Source: an uncultured Verrucomicrobiota bacterium (GTDB lineage Bacteria > Verrucomicrobiota > Verrucomicrobiia > Limisphaerales > JAEYXS01). From it: 64,000 nucleotides of DNA. Made by a program: the position numbers and the translations under genes. Where the stretch lies: assembly GCA_964589735.1 (NCBI GenBank), contig CAZPUL010000002.1, positions 8,176 through 72,175 of the forward strand, given 5' to 3'. Position 1 is the stretch's first letter; every line of letters begins with the position of its first letter. This document shows, piece after piece, positions 1 to 9,336 of this stretch. The notes below the pieces were generated by a model, which did not search any database, had not been told where the DNA came from, and saw only the letters and a program-made list of their open reading frames with translations.

Positions 1-456
1 AAGAACGGCACGAATCCGTTGCCGGGCGCTCAGTGTTCTTGGGATGACCTTGTCATCGTGACGCTCTCCGAATTCGGCCGCACCACCATCCAGAACAGCT
101 CCGGTGGCACGGACCATGCCGAGGCCGGCCTGATGATGGTGGCGGGTGGCGGGGTGCGCGGTGTGGGCAAGGACGGTGCGACGAGCGCCATCCTCGGCTG
201 CCATCCGAATGATTCCGTCCCGTGGGTCACGGGGCAGACGGGCAGCATGTTCGGCGTCAGCAGCCGCTATCTGAAGCGCTCGTACGATTACCGCTCGGTG
301 TTGGGACGCATCATCCGCGACCACCTGGGTGCGACCCAAGGCCAGTTGGACCGCATCATCCCGGGTTACCTCGACAGCCGCGAGAAGCTCCTGAGCGGCG
401 GCACGAACACCATCGACAATACCGTCATCGCTGGTGAACCGGACCTTATCGCGTGA
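1..456 (+). CDS. DUF1501 family protein, C-terminal part (truncated by window start)
   Basis: Open frame running in from the window edge; VTLSEFGRTTIQNSSGGTDHAEAGLMMVAGGGVRG and the ending resemble the C-terminus of DUF1501 proteins. Confidence 0.8.
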   Translation, partial: KNGTNPLPGAQCSWDDLVIVTLSEFGRTTIQNSSGGTDHAEAGLMMVAGGGVRGVGKDGATSAILGCHPNDSVPWVTGQTGSMFGVSSRYLKRSYDYRSVLGRIIRDHLGATQGQLDRIIPGYLDSREKLLSGGTNTIDNTVIAGEPDLIA

Positions 457-473
457 TGTGCATCCGTTGCCTG

Positions 474-504
474 AAATAAAAAAGCGCGGGCATTGCCCGC
501 GCTT
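474..504 (-). terminator. Intrinsic terminator for the minus-strand DUF1080 gene
   Basis: AAGCGCGGGC-ATT-GCCCGCGCTT followed on the minus strand by a T-rich tract, just past the stop of 527..1237. Confidence 0.75.
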
Positions 505-526
505 GGAAAATTTACGTGCTCGTCGC

Positions 527-1237
527 TTACTTCGCTGCCGTCAGCTTGGCTTTCGTCTTGCCCCAACCCTCATTCGGCAGCGCCTCCCACACACGCAGGT
601 TGCGGAACGAAGCCGATTCACCGGAAACGGTGAACCCGAAATTAGCCTTGGAAGTCGCAATCAGTTCATTCGCACCCGCGACCGCCTTGCCATCGATATG
701 GGCGACCATCTCATCGCCCTTGAGCTCGAGCACCACGGTTTTCCAGACACCGGGTTTGATGTCCACCTTTTGCGTGCCGAACTTCACGGCTTTATCCGGC
801 CCCTCATGGTCGTGGTCATCCTTTTGCGCGGTGAAACCGTCCTTGTTGATGAGCACGCGGCAGACGTGTTCTTTCGCGTCATTGATGCTCAGGGTGGTCA
901 TCCGGCAACCATCCACCCGCACGTCATACTGGATGACGACGTCCTTGTATTGCAGGGGGAAACGGGCGACCGCGCCATGCTTGTCCTCTTTCAGTTCGGT
1001 GCCTTTCATCGCCCCGTCCGCGAACTCCCATTTGCCGGGGCGCAAACGCCAGCCCTTGGTCCACGCTTCGCCTTTCTTCACTGCCGGCGCAGCTTCCACC
1101 TGTTTGGTGAAATCTTCGCTCAGGAGCAGCTTGCCGCGCTCGGTCATGAGCGTTTTGGGATCGGCCGCGTGAAGTTGGGTCAGGGCCAGTGTACCGGCCA
1201 AGGTCAGGAATCGGGTCAGAGTTTTCATGGTGTTCAA
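527..1237 (-). CDS. DUF1080 / 3-keto-disaccharide hydrolase-like secreted protein
   Basis: Signal peptide MNTMKTLTRFLTLAGTLALTQLHA; concanavalin-like pattern with 'GxLKEDKHGAVARFPLQYKDVVIQYDVRVDG'. Confidence 0.7.
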   Translation of the reverse strand: MNTMKTLTRFLTLAGTLALTQLHAADPKTLMTERGKLLLSEDFTKQVEAAPAVKKGEAWTKGWRLRPGKWEFADGAMKGTELKEDKHGAVARFPLQYKDVVIQYDVRVDGCRMTTLSINDAKEHVCRVLINKDGFTAQKDDHDHEGPDKAVKFGTQKVDIKPGVWKTVVLELKGDEMVAHIDGKAVAGANELIATSKANFGFTVSGESASFRNLRVWEALPNEGWGKTKAKLTAAK

Positions 1238-1329
1238 GGAAGCCAGACGCCGAAGCAGCTACGGAAGTTACAGCCAGCTTGTACGCTTGGCTTTTCTGCC
1301 GCAACCCGGCACAACCACAGGAGCAAGAC

Positions 1330-2118
1330 GTGAGAAAAGCATACACATCGGCCCTGATCGTGACCGCCGTGGCTTGGGGCAGTGGCGCAGCACTGGCGGA
1401 GACGGTGCAACTGACGCCCACCGCCGATACCACCCTCATCGCCGTGAGTCCGGACAACAATCTCGGCGGCAAATCGTTCTTCAACGCCGGCACCACGCAG
1501 AATTTCACCAAGAACCGCGGTCTCATCCTTTTCGATCCTCTCTCGATCGTTCCCGCCGGAGCCATTATCCAGTCAGTTTCCGTGAAGTTCGAGGTGCTGG
1601 GCCAGCCGGTGGATGGTTATGCTCCGGGCATGTTTGGTCTGCATCGCATGAATGTTTCCTGGGGCGAGGGCGACAAGAATCCCTCCACGCAAGTCGGTCT
1701 CGGCCTGCCCGCCACGACGGGCGAAGCGACTTGGAACAATCGGTTTCATGGACAGGGTCTGCCATGGTCCCAACCGGGTGGGGAGGCGGGCGTGGACTTT
1801 GTTGCCCAGGCCAGCTCCAGTCAGATCGTGTATGATGTCGGCAACTCGCCTTACATCTTCGACTCCACCTCGGCGCTGGTTTCCGATGTGCAATACTGGC
1901 TGGACAATCCCGGCCAGAATCATGGCTGGATGCTGAAGCTGGCGGATGAATCAGTGGACTTCACTTCCCGCCGCTTTGGTGCCAGTGAAGGACCGGATGC
2001 CGCCATTCTATCCATCCAGTACGCCATGGTGCCTGAACCAGGAGCAATGCTGCTCATGGGGCTGGGCGGCGCGGCTCTCTGCGCTCGCTTACGCAATCGC
2101 CGTTTGTTGAAACGTTGA
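1330..2118 (+). CDS. DNRLRE-type domain protein with PEP-CTERM sorting signal
   Basis: GTG start at 1330 gives a signal peptide (VRKAYTSALIVTAVAWGSGAALA); C-terminus VPEPGAMLLMGLGGAALCARLRNRRLLKR is a PEP-CTERM tail. Confidence 0.75.
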   Translation: MRKAYTSALIVTAVAWGSGAALAETVQLTPTADTTLIAVSPDNNLGGKSFFNAGTTQNFTKNRGLILFDPLSIVPAGAIIQSVSVKFEVLGQPVDGYAPGMFGLHRMNVSWGEGDKNPSTQVGLGLPATTGEATWNNRFHGQGLPWSQPGGEAGVDFVAQASSSQIVYDVGNSPYIFDSTSALVSDVQYWLDNPGQNHGWMLKLADESVDFTSRRFGASEGPDAAILSIQYAMVPEPGAMLLMGLGGAALCARLRNRRLLKR

Positions 2119-2186
2119 TTGGTTAAATGGTTGAAACGTGAATCGATTCACGCTTTAACGCCTTTAACGATTCAACGAATTCCGAC

Positions 2187-3203
2187 CTATTTAGGCAGCC
2201 ACTTCTCCCACTGCTTGGCGATCTGTTCCACGTTCTCCTTCTTCACTTCCATGAGTTGCGTGTTGTCGATGGCTTTCGTCGGATTCTTCTTCAAGTGCAG
2301 CTTGTTCACCAAGTGCTCTACAGAGCGCCAGCCGTAGTTATACACATCCTGGCCGAGCAGCAATTGCACATGGCCGCTGCGCACGTAGCCGAGCTGTTGG
2401 GGCAGCGCATCCACGGAGACGCATTTCACCGTGCCGGCGGGCCACTTGAGCGCGTTGTCCGTGAAGAGCGGCCAGCCGCCGAGAAAGCCCCAGCCGGTGA
2501 TGTCCGGATTCGCCTGCATGACCTGCTCGATGCGCGCGACAGCGTCTTGCGGAGTCTCCTTATGATAGAAGATGTCCACGATGCGGATGCCGGGGTAAGC
2601 CTTCGCGCCCGCGCGGAAACCAGCAGCACGTTGCTGGAGGTTCGCCGCATTCGGATTGCCGTCGATGGCCGCCACGACACCTTTGCCGTTCAACAATTTG
2701 GCGAGCGATTCAAAGGTGGCCTTGCCGCATTCAAAATCATCGATGCCCACGGAGACAAAGCGCTGGCTGTTTGGTGCGTCGCCGGAGAAGGTCAGCACGG
2801 GCACACCATTCTTCACGGCCTTATTGATGGCGTCCGTGAGTTTGATGGCGTCTGAGCAACTGATGATGATGCCGTCCGCGCCGTTGAGCACGAGCTGCTC
2901 GATGTATTCCGCCTGCTTCTGCGCGTCCTCTTCGTTCGGCGTCCGCCAGTCGATCTTGATCTTGATGCCGTGCTTGGCGGCGAGTTCCTTGGCCGCATCA
3001 TTCGCTCCCGCCCGTGCCGCCTCAAAGAACGGATTGCCCTGCGATTTCGCGATCATACCAAAGGTGTAAGTGCGTTGGGCAAAGGAGGTTTGCGGCATGA
3101 GGAAGGCAGCCGCGAACAACGCCAAAAGGAATGTGAAACGGGTCATGCGAATGAGTGTATGGGTTGAGCGGGAAAAATCAAACCACAGAATGAGAGGCTT
3201 CAT
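2187..3203 (-). CDS. Sugar ABC transporter substrate-binding protein (periplasmic binding protein, LacI/RbsB-like)
   Basis: Signal peptide plus FGMIAKSQGNPFFEAARAGANDAAKEL and VLNGADGIIISCSD patterns. Confidence 0.8.
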   Translation of the reverse strand: MKPLILWFDFSRSTHTLIRMTRFTFLLALFAAAFLMPQTSFAQRTYTFGMIAKSQGNPFFEAARAGANDAAKELAAKHGIKIKIDWRTPNEEDAQKQAEYIEQLVLNGADGIIISCSDAIKLTDAINKAVKNGVPVLTFSGDAPNSQRFVSVGIDDFECGKATFESLAKLLNGKGVVAAIDGNPNAANLQQRAAGFRAGAKAYPGIRIVDIFYHKETPQDAVARIEQVMQANPDITGWGFLGGWPLFTDNALKWPAGTVKCVSVDALPQQLGYVRSGHVQLLLGQDVYNYGWRSVEHLVNKLHLKKNPTKAIDNTQLMEVKKENVEQIAKQWEKWLPK

Positions 3204-3251
3204 CCCTATTCCCGAACTTGCCTTCCTTCTTTGATGTGAAAGGATTCGGCT

Positions 3252-4244
3252 ATGTTCACCCGCTGGTTACCATCTCTACTGCTTGGCTTCACCGTGCTTG
3301 CTTCTGTCGATAAGGCTGTCGGAGCTGAGCCCGCTGTTGGCATACGGGGTGAAGTCGGGTGCAAGAGTAGTCCGATGAAAGTGGACCGGCTGGTGATCGA
3401 CAAGCCGGGCGTTTACGAAAACATCCAGGTGGATGGCAAATGGGTGGCCAGCAATCTGGTGAAGATCACCGCTGACAACGTCACCCTGCGCAACTGCGAG
3501 ATCTTTAATGGTCGCCACAATGGCATCACGGTCTATGCGACCAATGTGGTCATCGAATCCTGCAAGATCCATCATCTGCTCAATGGCACCTTCAAAGACC
3601 AGCAGGACGCCCACGGTATCACCGGACGTCCGCAGAATCTGGTGATCCGGAATTGTGAGATCTACTACGTCTCCGGTGATTCGGTGCAATTTGATCCGGG
3701 TCGCGGCCCGTGGGACAATGTGCTGATCGAGAATTGCACGTTCTGGAACGGACCACTGCCCGCTGATGCTGCGGGTTTCAAGAAAGGCGAACGTCCGGGC
3801 GAAAATGCGCTGGATACGAAACAATCCACCAAGAATCCCCGGAGCCGGATCACCTTGCGCAACTGTGTGTTCTACGGCTGGAACCAACCCGGCCAGATCG
3901 ACAACCTCGCCGCGTTGAATTTGAAGAATCACGTCGAGGTAAAGGTCGAACGATGCCTGTTCCGGGATAACGAGATCTGCCTGCGCCTGCGCGGTCCCGG
4001 CAGTGGCAACGGGCAATACGGTGGTGCCTTGGTCACCGTTGATGATTGCGCGGTTTATGATTCAACCGTTGCCCTGCGCCTCGAGGACAAGATCGTGAAT
4101 CTGAAGATTTCCCGGCTGGGCATTGGTCAGGGAATCAAAACGAAGGTGGTGTCCGCAGGTGGCGGCGCAGGAGCGGGTTTTGTGAATGAGGGGGAATACT
4201 CACCACCGCCGTATGATCAGATGTTGCGGAACTGGCGGCCTTGA
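3252..4244 (+). CDS. Right-handed parallel beta-helix repeat protein
   Basis: Repeated VTLRNCEIFN/NLVIRNCEIYYVSGDSVQF/NVLIENCTF patterns; N-terminal signal. Confidence 0.75.
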   Translation: MFTRWLPSLLLGFTVLASVDKAVGAEPAVGIRGEVGCKSSPMKVDRLVIDKPGVYENIQVDGKWVASNLVKITADNVTLRNCEIFNGRHNGITVYATNVVIESCKIHHLLNGTFKDQQDAHGITGRPQNLVIRNCEIYYVSGDSVQFDPGRGPWDNVLIENCTFWNGPLPADAAGFKKGERPGENALDTKQSTKNPRSRITLRNCVFYGWNQPGQIDNLAALNLKNHVEVKVERCLFRDNEICLRLRGPGSGNGQYGGALVTVDDCAVYDSTVALRLEDKIVNLKISRLGIGQGIKTKVVSAGGGAGAGFVNEGEYSPPPYDQMLRNWRP

Positions 4245-4256
4245 GATGGGCAATCT

Positions 4257-4925
4257 CTAACCAACGGCGAGCAGTTTCACCTGCCGCGCATTGATCATCG
4301 CATTTAACCGCTCTTCCAGTCCCTCCACCGCTTCCGCGAAAATCTCCTGGCAATCATCTTCCGTGATGGGCAGGGATTTGCTGGCGGAGTGGACGAAGCC
4401 GGCCAGGCTTTGCCGGGAGTAGCTGATGAGGCCTTGGCGCAGCGGCAGCGAGAACTGTTGCAGTGCCAATCCATACACGAGCACATGCCAGCCGTGGGCT
4501 TTGTTCTCATCCACGGCTTGCAGATAGCGCATCACCACACGTTGATCGCGCAGGGGACGCAGGCGTTTCAATTTGCTGCGGCCGACGCGTTGGCTGGCGG
4601 AGGCGAGGTCTTTCTCGCTGAAGATCGTTTCCAACTGCTGGTCGAGCGTGATGAGGTCGCGGGCGAAGCCTTGCTGGGCGAATTGATGGGCCTGCAAGAT
4701 GGCGGGCAGCTCGATGGCTTCAAGGATTTGCTGCCGGTAATGGCTGAGAAACTGGCGTAGCGTGGCGGCGTCCTGCACCTTGGGCAGATGCCACGCAGAC
4801 GCAGCGCGGCCCAAGGCGAGAAATCCCTCCGGTGTGCTCACTTGCTCGAGCAACGGATTCGGATCGCCCAAAACCTCGGCGGCCTCACCGGTCAATCTGG
4901 CAGCATCGTCGAACACTTCGTGCAA
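4257..4925 (-). CDS. Conserved-looking hypothetical protein, predicted all-alpha
   Basis: 222-codon ORF filling the gap between two confident genes; no family recognised. Confidence 0.5.
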   Translation of the reverse strand: MHEVFDDAARLTGEAAEVLGDPNPLLEQVSTPEGFLALGRAASAWHLPKVQDAATLRQFLSHYRQQILEAIELPAILQAHQFAQQGFARDLITLDQQLETIFSEKDLASASQRVGRSKLKRLRPLRDQRVVMRYLQAVDENKAHGWHVLVYGLALQQFSLPLRQGLISYSRQSLAGFVHSASKSLPITEDDCQEIFAEAVEGLEERLNAMINARQVKLLAVG

Positions 4926-5000
4926 CCTATCGCCAGCGGCCCCAGAATGCCAATCGGAAATGGGTGACAGACCGGTAAATTTTTATGCCCGCCAGCGAAC

Positions 5001-6524
5001 TTACTGCTTGGCAAACACCATCGGCGCACTCGCATTGCCGAACCGATTCACTGCCGTTAGAGCGATGGCATCCGCACCTTTGCCGCCGATGGCTTTCACC
5101 TTGGCCCGCGTGGTGCCGCTGCCATAGACATGCGTTTCCCAGTTGTTCCCGCGCTTCACTTGCAAGACCCAGTTCTGGATAGGATTGCCCGGCTCGATGC
5201 TCCATTGGATCTCGATCTCGCCCGAGCCGTTACCATTCTGCACCAGCAGCTTCGGCTTCGGTGGCGTACTCTGGCTGAGCCACGGTGAGGCGGGCACCAG
5301 CGCGTTATCTGTGTAGAAGCGGTCCATGAGCAGTTCCTGCACCTTGCCCTTGTTTGCAGCCAGCGGTTTGCTGTGCCACATCACATTGCCGGTGGAGCCC
5401 TTCTGTTTGCGCGTGAGCTCCATCTGGTGCTGGAAATCCGTGAGGGGCCATTTATCGATGATCTTGTCCAGATTGTTGCCCGGCCATATATGCCGCTTCT
5501 GCTTGTTGACGCTCACCCACCAGTCGAGCAGCAGGGGATAACTCTGTCCCGTCTCGCTCACGCCCCAGTAGAGCTGTGGCACATAATAATCACACCAGCC
5601 TTCCTCCAGCCACTTGCGCGAATCCGCATAAAGCTCCTTGTAAGCGTCCAACCCTTTCACTTCTTTCGGAAATCCCGGCCGCCAGATGCCGAAGGGGCTG
5701 ATGCCGAACTTCACCCAGGATTTCTCCTCCTTGACCATCTTGTAGAGTTTCTCCACGAAGATGTTCACGCTCTCCCGCCGCCAGTCGTCGCGCTCCAGCT
5801 TGCCGCCGTTTTTCTGATAACGGGCCCAGCTCACGTCATCCGGGAACTCCACCAGCTTGCCTTGCGCATCTTTCACCCGGTAGGGATAGAAATAATCGTC
5901 GATATGCACGCCATCGATGTCATAGCGCTTCACCACATCGCGGATGATCTTCAGCGAATACTCCTGCACATCAGGTTCGGAGGGATCGAGCCACAGGTAT
6001 GTTCCGTAACGCTTCACCAACTCCGGACGGGTCTTGCTGATGTGTGTGCTGGAGACCACGCCGGGCGAGGCGGTATTGCGTACGCGGTAAGGGTTGAACC
6101 ACGCGTGCAATTCCAAGCCACGCTTGTGCGCCTCTGCCACCGCGAATTCGAGCGGATCGTAATAGGGCTCGGGCGGCCTGCCCATCTCGCCGGTGAGATA
6201 CTCGGACCACGGCTCCAGCTTGGAAGCATAGAGCGCATCGCACATCGGCCGTATCTGCAGGATCACGGCGTTCTGATTCAGCTTCACTGCCAGGTCCAGC
6301 AGGGCGCGCAGTTCTTTTTGTTGCTCGCCGCTGGGCAATCCTTTTTTGGAAGGCCAGTCGATGTTCGACACGGTGGCGACCCACACTCCACGGAACTCAC
6401 GGTCGACGGCGGGCGGCTTGATCTCCGAGGGCTGATACGTGGCCGCCAAGACTGCACTGGAAAAGAGGATGGAGGCGATCAGACTGAGCCACCAGTGATT
6501 TCGGGGGAGAGATTTCACGCGCAA
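5001..6524 (-). CDS. Glycoside hydrolase family 10-like (GHL10/DUF187) exported protein
   Basis: EFRGVWVATVSNIDWPSKKGLPSGEQQKELRALLDLAVKLNQNAVILQIRP is characteristic of the GHL10 family. Confidence 0.85.
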   Translation of the reverse strand: MRVKSLPRNHWWLSLIASILFSSAVLAATYQPSEIKPPAVDREFRGVWVATVSNIDWPSKKGLPSGEQQKELRALLDLAVKLNQNAVILQIRPMCDALYASKLEPWSEYLTGEMGRPPEPYYDPLEFAVAEAHKRGLELHAWFNPYRVRNTASPGVVSSTHISKTRPELVKRYGTYLWLDPSEPDVQEYSLKIIRDVVKRYDIDGVHIDDYFYPYRVKDAQGKLVEFPDDVSWARYQKNGGKLERDDWRRESVNIFVEKLYKMVKEEKSWVKFGISPFGIWRPGFPKEVKGLDAYKELYADSRKWLEEGWCDYYVPQLYWGVSETGQSYPLLLDWWVSVNKQKRHIWPGNNLDKIIDKWPLTDFQHQMELTRKQKGSTGNVMWHSKPLAANKGKVQELLMDRFYTDNALVPASPWLSQSTPPKPKLLVQNGNGSGEIEIQWSIEPGNPIQNWVLQVKRGNNWETHVYGSGTTRAKVKAIGGKGADAIALTAVNRFGNASAPMVFAKQ

Positions 6525-6602
6525 GCTTGATAAGTTGTGTTGCTGGCAAAGGCAAGCGCCATCAGCTTGACGGGCGTCTGCAGCCCATCAACCATCCTGC
6601 TC

Positions 6603-6971
6603 ATGGCCAAGAAAAATGAGTTCGTGTCGCACATCATCGAATCACTGGCCGCTTGGTCACCGGTGACGGCCCGCAGCATGTTCGGCGGTTACGGCATCTA
6701 CCGCGAGGATCGCATGTTCGCGCTCGTCGTCTACGACACGCTCTACTTCAAGGTAGACGAAATCAGCCGCCCGGAATTCGAATCCGCCGGTCTGGCTCCC
6801 TTCACTTATGGCGAAAACCGCGTGGTCATGGCCTATTATCATCCGCCGTTGACCGCCTTGGATGACCCGCAAGAACTGGCCGCCTGGGCGGAGAAAGGGT
6901 GGCAGGCGGCGATGCGTGCCACCGTCAAGCCGAAGAAGAAAACAGCCAAACAGCCCAAGAAAGCCGTCTGA
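6603..6971 (+). CDS. TfoX/Sxy N-terminal domain protein
   Basis: SPVTARSMFGGYGIYREDRMFALVVYDTLYFKVDE; ATG at 6603 preferred over the ORF start. Confidence 0.8.
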   Translation: MAKKNEFVSHIIESLAAWSPVTARSMFGGYGIYREDRMFALVVYDTLYFKVDEISRPEFESAGLAPFTYGENRVVMAYYHPPLTALDDPQELAAWAEKGWQAAMRATVKPKKKTAKQPKKAV

Positions 6972-7080
6972 AGCCCTTGATGCCAATGAAGTTGCCGCCT
7001 TTTCTTGAACGCCAAGCCTTTGCCAACTGCCTAAACTTTGGCTCAATAAATTCTGGCCTGAGAGCGTCAAAAGGCTAAGC

Positions 7081-8298
7081 TTGAAAAACATGTCCATCAT
7101 AGAGCGCACAGTCACGGTTAGCTGGCGTTGCCGCGTCCACTTCACGCAGCATGTCTTCGATCTGGGGAATACGACGCTGCGGGATACGCTGGCGGAGGCT
7201 GAACCGCAGAAGGTCCATAAGGCCTTCATCGTGGTCGATGAATCGCTGGCCAAGGCGCAGCCGGACCTGTTGAGCCGCATCGAGGCCTATTTCCGCGCCC
7301 ACGCGGACCGGCTGAAGCTCATGGGTTCGCCCATGATCCTCGAAGGTGGCGAGCGTGTGAAGAATTCCTACTTCCACGTTTCCGAGATACAATCGCATCT
7401 CGAACGCCACCATATCGACCGCCATTCCTACCTCATCGCCATCGGTGGTGGCGCGATCCTGGATGTCGTCGGCCTGGCGGCGGCGACGGCGCATCGCGGT
7501 GTCCGCCATGTGCGCATCCCGACTACGACCTTGGCCCAGGATGATTCCGGCGTAGGCGTGAAGAACGGCATCAACGCCTTCGGTAAAAAGAATTTCATCG
7601 GCACTTTTTGTCCGCCTTACGCCGTCATCAATGACTTCTCACTGCTCTCGTCTCTGCCTGAGCGTGATAAGCGCAACGGCTATGTGGAGGCGGTGAAGGT
7701 GGCGCTCATTCGGGATCGCGAGTTTTTTGAACGCATCGAGAAAGATGCTGCTGCGCTCGCTCGCTTCGACGCGGAGGCCATGCGCCCGCTGATCTATCGC
7801 AGTGCGGAACTGCATCTGAACCACATCGCCACGGGCGGCGATGCGTTTGAGTTTGGCTCTGCGCGACCCTTGGATTTCGGCCACTGGGCGGCGCACAAGC
7901 TGGAGCAGGTGTCGGATTACCGCATCCGCCATGGGGAAGCGGTGGCGGTGGGCATCGCGCTGGATACGGTCTATGCACGCCGAATGGGATATCTGGATGC
8001 CCAGTCCTGCGAACGAGTACTCGCCTTGCTGGAGAAGCTGGGCTTTGAATTGTTCGCCAACGAACTGCTGCTCGCGGATGGCACCGGCAATCTGGTGCTG
8101 CTGAACGGTCTGGAAGAATTCCGCGAGCATCTCGGCGGTCAACTCACGATCACGTTGCTGCGGGGCATCGGCGAAGGCTTCGAGACGCACGAGATGGTGC
8201 CGGCGAAGATTGTTGCTTCCATCCAGGAATTGCAGGAACGTCAGGCCATGCGCGAACAGCGCATCGTCCCGCTCACGGGCCGTCAAAAAGCTTCATAG
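7081..8298 (+). CDS. 3-dehydroquinate synthase-like sugar-phosphate cyclase (EboD-like)
   Basis: AIGGGAILDVVGLAAATAHRGVRHVRIPTTTLAQDDSGVGVKNGINAFGKKNFIGTFCPPYAVINDF and GDAFEFGSARPLDFGHWAAHKLE; differs from housekeeping AroB in length and N-terminus. Confidence 0.8.
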   Translation: MKNMSIIERTVTVSWRCRVHFTQHVFDLGNTTLRDTLAEAEPQKVHKAFIVVDESLAKAQPDLLSRIEAYFRAHADRLKLMGSPMILEGGERVKNSYFHVSEIQSHLERHHIDRHSYLIAIGGGAILDVVGLAAATAHRGVRHVRIPTTTLAQDDSGVGVKNGINAFGKKNFIGTFCPPYAVINDFSLLSSLPERDKRNGYVEAVKVALIRDREFFERIEKDAAALARFDAEAMRPLIYRSAELHLNHIATGGDAFEFGSARPLDFGHWAAHKLEQVSDYRIRHGEAVAVGIALDTVYARRMGYLDAQSCERVLALLEKLGFELFANELLLADGTGNLVLLNGLEEFREHLGGQLTITLLRGIGEGFETHEMVPAKIVASIQELQERQAMREQRIVPLTGRQKAS

Positions 8299-8300
8299 CC

Positions 8301-9239
8301 ATGAATCGCCGCCGTTTTATCGGTCTGACCGCAACGCTCGGTGGCGGTCTTCTGACCGGAGCGGTGAAGGCGGCGGACGCTGGCAAGCCCGTGGGATTTG
8401 CGGTGGCCGGTTACCTGCCTGATTATCGGATCAGCGCCAAGAACCTTGCTCGTACGCAGCATCTTACCGACCTGATCGCCTTCTCCATTGAGCCGCGCGA
8501 CACCGGCGATCTGGAGTTTCGCTCCTGGGATGCCGGGGCTTTTGCCCTCCTGCGCAAGGCCCGTACCGATCATGGCTGCCGCCTGCTGGCTTGTCTGGGC
8601 GGTTGGGAACGCTCGGATGGGTTTCGTGCTGCGCTCAGTTCGGCCGAGGCCCGAGGCCGGCTGGTGCAAAACATCCGCACCCTCTGCGAAGAGGAGAAAC
8701 TGGATGGCATAGACCTGGATTGGGAACACCCGAAGACTTTGGGTGAGGCCCGCGATTACGGCGTCTTCATGGAATTGCTTAAGCTGGCCCTCGGCCCGGG
8801 CAAGCTGCTCACGGCCGCTGTGGCGGTGGATCAGACCTGGTGGGGAGAAAGCGTGAATCATCTGGATCGTGTCCACCTGATGGCTTATGACCAGCCGGGG
8901 CGTCACGCCACGGTGCAAGGCGCGGAAGCGGCCATCGACCGCTGGATCGATCATGGTGTGCCGGCCGGCAAGCTTTGTCTCGGACTCCCTCTTTACGGAC
9001 GCGGCATGACCCAGCGGGAACGGGCCATGGCCTACAGCGACATGGTGAACAAACCCGATTTCCGCACGGAAGCGGATGAATGGGACGGGCTATATTTCAA
9101 CGGCCCTTCCACCCTCGCGGCCAAGGTGGCCCTGGCGAAAAAGAAAAAGCTGGCCGGAGTGTTCGTGTGGGAGATCGGCCAGGATGCGGATGAGGACAAG
9201 TCCTTGCTGAAGGGCATCAAGGCGGCGGTGAAGAGTTAG
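8301..9239 (+). CDS. Glycoside hydrolase family 18 protein
   Basis: Catalytic-type motif EEEKLDGIDLDWEHP; GH18 TIM-barrel features such as LMAYDQPG. Confidence 0.8.
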   Translation: MNRRRFIGLTATLGGGLLTGAVKAADAGKPVGFAVAGYLPDYRISAKNLARTQHLTDLIAFSIEPRDTGDLEFRSWDAGAFALLRKARTDHGCRLLACLGGWERSDGFRAALSSAEARGRLVQNIRTLCEEEKLDGIDLDWEHPKTLGEARDYGVFMELLKLALGPGKLLTAAVAVDQTWWGESVNHLDRVHLMAYDQPGRHATVQGAEAAIDRWIDHGVPAGKLCLGLPLYGRGMTQRERAMAYSDMVNKPDFRTEADEWDGLYFNGPSTLAAKVALAKKKKLAGVFVWEIGQDADEDKSLLKGIKAAVKS

Positions 9240-9336
9240 GACCTCAGCTACGCGCTTGATTTCGATGTTGTTGAAACGCTGGCAACGAAGCTTTTCTCCT
9301 TTAGCTATTTCCCTGTTTCCCACACCCTGACAGTTC

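Noticed and set aside
5373-6530. 385-aa plus-strand ORF opposite the GHL10 gene
   Set aside because: Shadow frame; no motifs.
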